NCBI GenBank assembly: GCA_002966495.1
Contig: CP016490.1
Coordinates: forward strand, 2,590,454 to 2,622,453
DNA length: 32,000 nucleotides
From: Halomonas sp. GFAJ-1
GTDB lineage: Bacteria; Pseudomonadota; Gammaproteobacteria; Pseudomonadales; Halomonadaceae
Direction of reading: 5' to 3'
Part shown: positions 25,690-32,000 of the stretch, one piece after another
Numbering within the stretch: position 1 is the first letter of the stretch
How the letters are laid out: the number at the start of each line of letters is the position of its first letter
Translations under genes and position numbers: made by a program
Notes under the pieces: model-generated
What the model saw: only the letters and a program-made list of their open reading frames with translations
Told to the model about the DNA's origin: nothing
Database searches by the model: none

Positions 25690-26604
25690 ATGAGCAAGTT
25701 ACATGTAGGGGTGTTGCTTGGGGCATCATTAGCCTGGGGAACCGCGAATGCTGAGGTAGCTGATCTGTATGAGGCGCCCATCAATGTGGCTGTGACGTTC
25801 TCTGTACTAGGTGACCTCGTTAAGCAAGTGGCAGGGGATGACGCTCATGTCTCCGTGCTGACCCCGGTGAATGCTGAAGTTCATGAGTGGGAGTTAACGC
25901 CGGATAATTTTGCCGCGCTTGAAGAGGCGGACTTGGTTTTTTATAACGGTTATCAGCTTGAGCAGTGGATGCGACAAGTCGAAGCGACGGTTAGCGATAA
26001 TGTGCCCATTATCGCCGTGGCAGAAGCTTCCGACTACCCAACGCAGTCAATCATCACTGGTGAAATGGAAGGTGACGTTGATCCCCATCTTTGGATGGAT
26101 CCCCGTGCTGCTGCGGCTTATGTAAATGTTATCGCAAGCTCAATGGGAGAATTACTTCCCCACCAGGCTGAGGCCATTCTAGAGCGTGCACTCTCTTTAG
26201 AAGAGCAGCTACACGATTTGCATGTTGAGCTGCAAGAGACGCTTGAGGCTATTCCTGATGAGCATCGGCTGCTGCTGTCCAGCGAAGCGGCGTTTCTCTA
26301 CTTTGCAGACGCCTACAACTTTGACCACGATGGCATTTGGGGCACTAACGCTGAAACCGAAGGGTCTCCCAGGCAGTTAATGCGCATAATTGATATTATA
26401 GAAGAGCGCCAGCCACCCGCTCTATTCTGGGAGAGCACCATTTCAGATCGTCACGTCACCAGCATTGCACGCGATACCGGGGTGCAAGTTGCTGGCCCCC
26501 TTTATGTCGACTCCCTGAGTGAGCCAACGGGTGAAGCTGCTGATTACTTCGCGATGCTACGCCATAATGCTGCGCTGCTACGCCACTATTTAGCTGCCGA
26601 GTAA
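25690..26604 (+). CDS. metal (Mn/Zn/Fe) ABC transporter substrate-binding protein, TroA/ZnuA-like
   Basis: Signal peptide. Motifs HEWELTP, DLVFYNG and DPHLWMDP are typical of cluster A-I metal-binding proteins. Confidence 0.8.
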   Translation: MSKLHVGVLLGASLAWGTANAEVADLYEAPINVAVTFSVLGDLVKQVAGDDAHVSVLTPVNAEVHEWELTPDNFAALEEADLVFYNGYQLEQWMRQVEATVSDNVPIIAVAEASDYPTQSIITGEMEGDVDPHLWMDPRAAAAYVNVIASSMGELLPHQAEAILERALSLEEQLHDLHVELQETLEAIPDEHRLLLSSEAAFLYFADAYNFDHDGIWGTNAETEGSPRQLMRIIDIIEERQPPALFWESTISDRHVTSIARDTGVQVAGPLYVDSLSEPTGEAADYFAMLRHNAALLRHYLAAE

Positions 26605-27435
26605 ATGTTTATGACGCCCCCGCTTGATCCTGCTGCAGCGGCGATTGATATTACGGCCCTGTATGCCGCCTACCATCGCCAGCCAGTGCTGGAAAACATT
26701 AACCTTTCGTTTCCAGCTGGGAAATGGACGGCGATTGTGGGGCCGAATGGGGCAGGAAAATCGACGCTGTTCCACGTGCTTACGGGCAGTATGAAACCGC
26801 TGCGTGGCCGCGTGGATGCATTTGGTGAGCCCATTGCCATTCAACGAAAGGCGGGGAATATCGCTTACATGGCCCAGCGAGAAGCGATTGAGTGGGATTT
26901 TCCTATTTCGGTATGGGAAACCGTGATGGGCGGCCGTTACGGGCATATGCGTCGCGATGCTCTTTGGCGGCGGCTGCTTCCTGCACGTTGGTATGCGCCT
27001 AGCCATCAGCAAGTAGTTCGCAAGGCATTAGAAGATGTTGATATGTTGGCATTGGCTGATCAGCCTATCGGAGCGCTTTCAGGTGGGCAAAAAAAGCGGG
27101 TGCTGTTAGCCCGCACCTTGGCTCAGCAGGCAAAAATCCTGCTACTAGATGAGCCGCTGGCAGGCGTAGATCCCCCTAGCGAGCAGCTTATTTTGAATGT
27201 TTTAAAGCGTGAGCGGGAAGCAGGCCGTACGGTTGTGATGGTGACCCATGATATGCCCGGTGCGCGCCGCTATGTCGATCATGTTGTGTTGATTAACCGG
27301 ATTGTGCGCGGTGTGGGTTCACCCGAAGAGATGCTGAGTGATGCTAGATTAGCTGAGTTGGCGGTTAGTTCAATTGAGCAATCGAGTAACGATCAAGCGC
27401 TTCGTCCCACTGCTTGCTCAGCCGCGCAGGAATAA
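26605..27435 (+). CDS. metal ABC transporter ATP-binding protein
   Basis: Walker A GPNGAGKST, signature LSGGQKKR, Walker B LLLDEP. Confidence 0.85.
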   Translation: MFMTPPLDPAAAAIDITALYAAYHRQPVLENINLSFPAGKWTAIVGPNGAGKSTLFHVLTGSMKPLRGRVDAFGEPIAIQRKAGNIAYMAQREAIEWDFPISVWETVMGGRYGHMRRDALWRRLLPARWYAPSHQQVVRKALEDVDMLALADQPIGALSGGQKKRVLLARTLAQQAKILLLDEPLAGVDPPSEQLILNVLKREREAGRTVVMVTHDMPGARRYVDHVVLINRIVRGVGSPEEMLSDARLAELAVSSIEQSSNDQALRPTACSAAQE

Positions 27436-27438
27436 GGC

Positions 27439-28377
27439 ATGATCGAGATATTACTAACCTTAGAGACCTTTAGCGATGCGTTGGTAAGTGGTCTAATTGC
27501 TGCACTGATGCTCTTGGTCAATCTACTTCCCGAGAGTATATCGAAAGCGTTTCAATACGCGTTCATGCAGCGGGCGCTGCTGACCTCTATTATGGTGGGT
27601 GCCATTTGCGGGATGCTCTCTTGCTATGTGGTGCTCAAACGCTGGTCGTTGCTAGGCGATGCAATTTCCCACGCCGTTTTACCTGGTGTTGCTATAGCGT
27701 ACCTATTGGGGCTGCCTTTTTTTATTGGTGCCTTTGTCACAGGGGCTTTAACATCGCTAGGTATCGGTGCGATTGAGCGCCACACGCGAATAAAATCTGA
27801 TGCGGCGATGGGCATTATGTTTACGGGTGCATTTGCCCTGGGCATTGTGCTGATTAGTAAGATCGCATCGAGCACCCACTTAATGCATATCCTGTTCGGG
27901 AATGTGCTCGGCGTGCAGCAGTCTGCGCTGTTATTAACACTAGCCGCCAGCGTAGTGGCGTTAATCGTTGTGTGGCTCGCCTTTAGGCCGTTAATGCTGT
28001 ACGCATTTGACCCTACTCAAGCCCAGGCCCTTGGCTTTAATACCGGCATCATTCATTACGGTTTGATACTGTTGCTGACGTTGACCATTGTAGCGAGTCT
28101 GGAAACCGTTGGGATTATCCTTGTTGTTGCGATGCTGATTACGCCGGGTGCCACCGCCCATCTTCTAACAGACCGCTTTAAAACCATGCTGCTACTTTCG
28201 ATGGGCGTAGGGGTGGGGTCGGCAGTGCTGGGCTTATACCTCTCGTTCGCGTTTGATGTAGCGTCTGGCGGCACTATCGTACTGGTGGCAACCAGCTGTT
28301 TCTTTATGGCGCTACTCTTTTCACCCAAGCACGGTGTGCTCATGCGGAAGTGGCGCCATCGCCAAGTGGATGTTTAG
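27439..28377 (+). CDS. metal ABC transporter permease (ABC-3 family)
   Basis: Polytopic membrane protein with a DAISHAVLPG motif. Third gene of the operon. Confidence 0.8.
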   Translation: MIEILLTLETFSDALVSGLIAALMLLVNLLPESISKAFQYAFMQRALLTSIMVGAICGMLSCYVVLKRWSLLGDAISHAVLPGVAIAYLLGLPFFIGAFVTGALTSLGIGAIERHTRIKSDAAMGIMFTGAFALGIVLISKIASSTHLMHILFGNVLGVQQSALLLTLAASVVALIVVWLAFRPLMLYAFDPTQAQALGFNTGIIHYGLILLLTLTIVASLETVGIILVVAMLITPGATAHLLTDRFKTMLLLSMGVGVGSAVLGLYLSFAFDVASGGTIVLVATSCFFMALLFSPKHGVLMRKWRHRQVDV

Positions 28378-28407
28378 TACTTAGCCTGAGCTGCTTTACG
28401 CCTGGGC

Positions 28408-28854
28408 TTAAGGGTGAGTGGTTTGACTCGCTGATAACCAATCGAGTATCAGGTGGTGATAATCAACGATGCCAATGACGTGATGATTGGTATCTACCAC
28501 TGGGGCTAGCGATAATCCAAACTGTTCAAATAAGCGCGCGCAGTAGCGTATGTTCATCTCTGGACGCACGCTAACCACAGGCTTTGTCATTATTTCATAT
28601 AAATTGACACGCTCGGGTGGACGGCTTGGGGAAAGTACTTTTTTAGCGATGTCCGACGGTAAAACAATGCCGAGTTCGTCTTGTTCGTTGCGCCGATTGA
28701 TAATAATCACCGAGGCTTGGCGCTGGCGTAGCAGTGCCAAACCCTCGGCAACGGTTACGAAGCCATCAACCGCAATAAATCGACTATGCATCGCATCGCG
28801 CGCAGTGCGCTCAGTTAGGGAGGGCATGGCTAGGGAAGACGTTTCAGTTGCCAT
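28408..28854 (-). CDS. CBS-domain pair protein
   Basis: 148 aa with two CBS-like repeats (VTVAEGL...GIV; VVSVRPEM...IGIVD). Confidence 0.65.
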   Translation of the reverse strand: MATETSSLAMPSLTERTARDAMHSRFIAVDGFVTVAEGLALLRQRQASVIIINRRNEQDELGIVLPSDIAKKVLSPSRPPERVNLYEIMTKPVVSVRPEMNIRYCARLFEQFGLSLAPVVDTNHHVIGIVDYHHLILDWLSASQTTHP

Positions 28855-28871
28855 TGTAAATTCCTTACGCG

Positions 28872-29222
28872 TTATAAAGGCTGAGTTAACGACTTTGACA
28901 GTGATTTGATTTGATGCTTAACGCCAACGGCATCTTCAACATCGATTTGAAACGCAATGCCGGTGCCCGGCGTTTCATCAAATTCGCCAACCCGTTGAAT
29001 AGCTTCCAATATATGTCGACTGATATGCTCTTCGGCTAAAAAAAGCAGCACATCTCGCTGGGCAGTTATCTCCATACCAAAAATGCCCCGCGCTTTTTTC
29101 AGCCCTTCGCCTCGGGCATTGTTGATCACGGTAGCACCTGTAGCGCCAGCGTCACGGGCGGCCTGCAGAATATTGTCGCTTAATTCATCTTCAACCATCG
29201 CTACAATCAATTTAAAGCGCAT
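28872..29222 (-). CDS. P-II-like signalling protein
   Basis: The N-terminus [32 protein letters not shown] and its ~116-aa size fit the P-II fold. It overlaps the upstream DUF1538 gene. Confidence 0.65.
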   Translation of the reverse strand: MRFKLIVAMVEDELSDNILQAARDAGATGATVINNARGEGLKKARGIFGMEITAQRDVLLFLAEEHISRHILEAIQRVGEFDETPGTGIAFQIDVEDAVGVKHQIKSLSKSLTQPL

Positions 29223-30024
29223 TGCTGTCTCCTTTACTTTCTTGAGTGCTATTCCCTGGCGTATTTGCGGCAGGCCGTTTTCTGTTGTCTTGCCATTGGG
29301 CTATCTGGGCATAGCCCATTACCGTAATGATAGGGAATAAGCAGGCAAGAGCGATCATCCCAAAGCCGTCCATTAACGCGCTACGGCCCGGGATTGATGA
29401 GGCTAACCCCAGCCCAAGCGCCGCGATAATAGGCACAGTAATGGTCGATGTGGTAACACCGCCTGAGTCAAATGCAAGCGGTATAATAGAGCGTGGTGAG
29501 CGAAGTGTTTGCAGGATCACCAAGCAGTAAGCCACCAGCACGAACCATTGTAGCGGCCAGCCCATGACAATTCGCCAGGCACCCAAGGTAATACCAAACG
29601 CCATGCCTAGAGCCACAGCAATGCGTAACATTAATGGATTGATAGTTCCGCCTGATATTTCACCTGCTTTAATGGAAACAGCAATGAGCGATGGTTCTGC
29701 AATCGTTGTGCTGGCACCGATCGCAAACGCGAATAGATAGACCCAGTAGTAATCGCTCCAGTGGCGCTGGGCGCCCTCTGCAACAGCAGGTAGGAAGCTA
29801 GCCTCGGTTAACTGACTTGCCATTAACTCACCCATGGGGAAAAGCGCTTGTTCTAACCCCACCAAAAAAAGCGATAGCCCTACCCAGACCATTAGAAAGC
29901 CTGCTAGTACCTGGGGAAGGCGCTTAACGGGTTTACGAATAACAAGATACTGAAAGCCAAAGATAATGGCAGCTATCGGCAAAATATCGCGCAGTGTTTC
30001 CCAAAACGTAAGGAGTAAACTCAT
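29212..30024 (-). CDS. DUF1538-like integral membrane protein
   Basis: Polytopic. Paralogous to the next gene, sharing [15 protein letters not shown] and DGFG motifs. Confidence 0.7.
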   Translation of the reverse strand: MSLLLTFWETLRDILPIAAIIFGFQYLVIRKPVKRLPQVLAGFLMVWVGLSLFLVGLEQALFPMGELMASQLTEASFLPAVAEGAQRHWSDYYWVYLFAFAIGASTTIAEPSLIAVSIKAGEISGGTINPLMLRIAVALGMAFGITLGAWRIVMGWPLQWFVLVAYCLVILQTLRSPRSIIPLAFDSGGVTTSTITVPIIAALGLGLASSIPGRSALMDGFGMIALACLFPIITVMGYAQIAQWQDNRKRPAANTPGNSTQESKGDSNAL

Positions 30025-30785
30025 GAGGCGCCTTCCATAAAGCTCAAGCCAAAAATGCCAAATAGCAGTACAAAAATAATTGGCATCACCGAAGCAAAGG
30101 CGATAAGACCAAAGCCGTCAAGCATTGGGTTTCGCCCCTTAATTGAGGATGCCAAACCTACGCCTAGCGCGGTCACTAACGGTACGGTAATAGTAGACGT
30201 CGTAACGCCACCGGAGTCATAGGCGATACCTACTAGTTCGCTGGGTGCCACTAGCGTTAGCAGCATCACAATGACATAGCCCGCTATAATCATCAGGTGC
30301 AGTGGCCAGCCTTTAAAAATTCTTAACACCCCCACAACAACGGCTGTTCCCACGGAGGCCGCGACCACCATGCGAAGCGTAAAGGCAAAAGAGGTTTGCG
30401 CGCTGGGTGTATCAGCAATTAAGCCGCTTTGTGACACGACTTCCCCAGCCCGCGCGGCGACTGCAATAAGCGCAGGCTCTGCCACGGTTGAGCCAAAGCC
30501 CAAAGCAAAAGCAAACACCAATAGCCACGCTACGGAGCCTTTTTGCACAAATGCGCGTGCTAAATTTTCACCTAGTGGAAAGAGGCCAAGCTCAAGCCCT
30601 TTGATGAAAAGGGCTAGCCCTACGACAACAAAAACAAGCCCTAAAAAGAGATCAAGTAGCGCTAGCGTGTCGGGCAAGGGCTGCCGAATCACTATCAGCT
30701 GAAAAAAGCCCATGACTAATACGACAGGCGCCAGATCGCGTAGGCTATCTCTCAGTTGGTGTGAGAAAGAGAGTAAGAAATTCAT
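30021..30785 (-). CDS. DUF1538-like integral membrane protein (paralogue)
   Basis: Shares [15 protein letters not shown] and LDGFGLIA. There is a 4-nt overlap with the downstream paralogue. Confidence 0.7.
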   Translation of the reverse strand: MNFLLSFSHQLRDSLRDLAPVVLVMGFFQLIVIRQPLPDTLALLDLFLGLVFVVVGLALFIKGLELGLFPLGENLARAFVQKGSVAWLLVFAFALGFGSTVAEPALIAVAARAGEVVSQSGLIADTPSAQTSFAFTLRMVVAASVGTAVVVGVLRIFKGWPLHLMIIAGYVIVMLLTLVAPSELVGIAYDSGGVTTSTITVPLVTALGVGLASSIKGRNPMLDGFGLIAFASVMPIIFVLLFGIFGLSFMEGAS

Positions 30786-31005
30786 CAGGGATCCATGAGG
30801 TTTTTGTCTTAAGTAGCGTTATTTAGGTAGTTTACTCAGAGCGTTATGTCGTTGTCTTGATCCTGCTCATGATTAAATCGTGTTGATTGGGTTATTGATA
30901 ACTACAATCTAGTGGGGCAGCAATCGCACAGGGGGGTAACGCGCCGCTTGCCTGGCTCTTTTACGTGCGTCCTCGATACTACATTCCAATGCAGGGAGCC
31001 GGTTA

Positions 31006-32000
31006 ATGTCCGCACATTCCAGCGATGTGATTGAAAATCGTACGTTTGACGAAATAAAAGTGGGTGACAGGGCGTTCTTGGAAAAGCGCTTGACCATGGA
31101 TGATATCAAACTGTTTGCCATTATGTCGGGAGATATCAACCCGTCGCATGTGGACGATGACTACGCGAAAAGAAGCCGTTTTCAAGAAGTGGTCGCCCAC
31201 GGGATGTGGGGCGGTGCGCTTATCTCCACCGTGCTGGGCACTGAGTTGCCTGGGCCAGGCACTATATATTTAGGCCAAACGCTGCGCTTTAGAGCGCCTG
31301 TTCGCTTGGGTGATGTGCTTCATGTGGCGGTTAGGGTAACAAACAAGCAGTCACGTAACCATCACGTAATATTTGCCTGTGAATGTCGAAATCAGCATGG
31401 CGACATTGTGATTGAGGGTGAAGCGGAGGTGCTTGCGCCTACTCAAAAAATCCGTCGCCCCCGGGCAGAGCTTCCGGCCATCCGACTTTCTGAACGTGGG
31501 CGGCTTCATGAAATACTTACCGCCGCCGATCACCCTGACCCATTGCGTATGGCCGTGGTTCATCCTGTGGATGAAAGCTCTATAAGAGGGGCGGTGGAGT
31601 CTGCCGCGCAGCGGTTAATCGTGCCTGTGCTGGTTGGCCCTAGAGCTAAAATTGAGGCAGCGGCAAACGCGGCCGAGGTTGATATTAGCGCGTTCGAGCT
31701 AATCGATACCCCTCATAGCCATGCCGCCGCAGCCAAAGCGGTGGCGTTGGCACAGGATGGCCAAGTAGATGCGCTAATGAAAGGGTCTCTGCCTACTAGC
31801 GAACTCCTTCACGAGGTAGTTAAGCGTGAAGGAGGACTGCGCACCGAGCGCTGCCTGAGCCATGTCATGGCATTTGATGTACCCACTTACCCGCGGCCCT
31901 TATTCATTACCGATGCTGCCATTACTATTTACCCTACCTTGGAACAAAAACGCGACATTATCCAAAATGCGGTAGAGCTCGCCCACACGCTGGGTAACGA
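31006..32000 (+). CDS. bifunctional MaoC-like dehydratase / phosphate acetyl-butyryl transferase, 3' end outside the window
   Basis: My own translation from ATG 31006 stays open to base 32000. The N-terminal hot-dog motif is DINPSHVD..AHGM. It is followed by PTA/PTB-like VVHPVDESS...DALMKGSL. The gene is absent from the ORF track because no stop falls in the window. Confidence 0.75.
   Translation, partial: MSAHSSDVIENRTFDEIKVGDRAFLEKRLTMDDIKLFAIMSGDINPSHVDDDYAKRSRFQEVVAHGMWGGALISTVLGTELPGPGTIYLGQTLRFRAPVRLGDVLHVAVRVTNKQSRNHHVIFACECRNQHGDIVIEGEAEVLAPTQKIRRPRAELPAIRLSERGRLHEILTAADHPDPLRMAVVHPVDESSIRGAVESAAQRLIVPVLVGPRAKIEAAANAAEVDISAFELIDTPHSHAAAAKAVALAQDGQVDALMKGSLPTSELLHEVVKREGGLRTERCLSHVMAFDVPTYPRPLFITDAAITIYPTLEQKRDIIQNAVELAHTLGN

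Overview
The window is a mosaic mobile or defence region followed by ordinary chromosomal genes. From left to right it contains the following. (1) The 3' end of a type 1 BREX system, pglZ (5'-truncated by the window) and brxL. (2) Small orphan ORFs, and two near-identical ~770-bp modules that each encode a short (~207 aa) tyrosine recombinase; these bracket a 470-aa membrane-anchored helical protein. (3) An integron-like gene-cassette array. It has an attI-like repeated leader and at least five attC-like imperfect palindromes (10650-14494), each closing a single-ORF cassette. No IntI-type integrase is visible. (4) An AP2-like and DUF4236-like gene pair. (5) A tniQ-cas8-cas7-cas6 operon plus a three-repeat I-F-like CRISPR array, with no cas1 or cas2-3. 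This is the targeting module of a type I-F3 CRISPR-associated Tn7-like transposon (CAST), and I consider it the headline system. (6) An AbiEi-like gene with a palindromic operator and a decayed downstream partner. (7) A second Tn7-like trace: a TGT terminus with four direct TnsB-type repeats and a frameshifted tnsA, with no tnsB or tnsC, abutting a decayed GGDEF-EAL gene. (8) Housekeeping genes: a DtxR/MntR-type regulator, a Mn/Zn-type ABC importer, a CBS / P-II / 2x DUF1538 cluster, and a partial MaoC-phosphate acyltransferase gene. All calls rest on by-eye motif recognition and ORF structure. No database search was possible.
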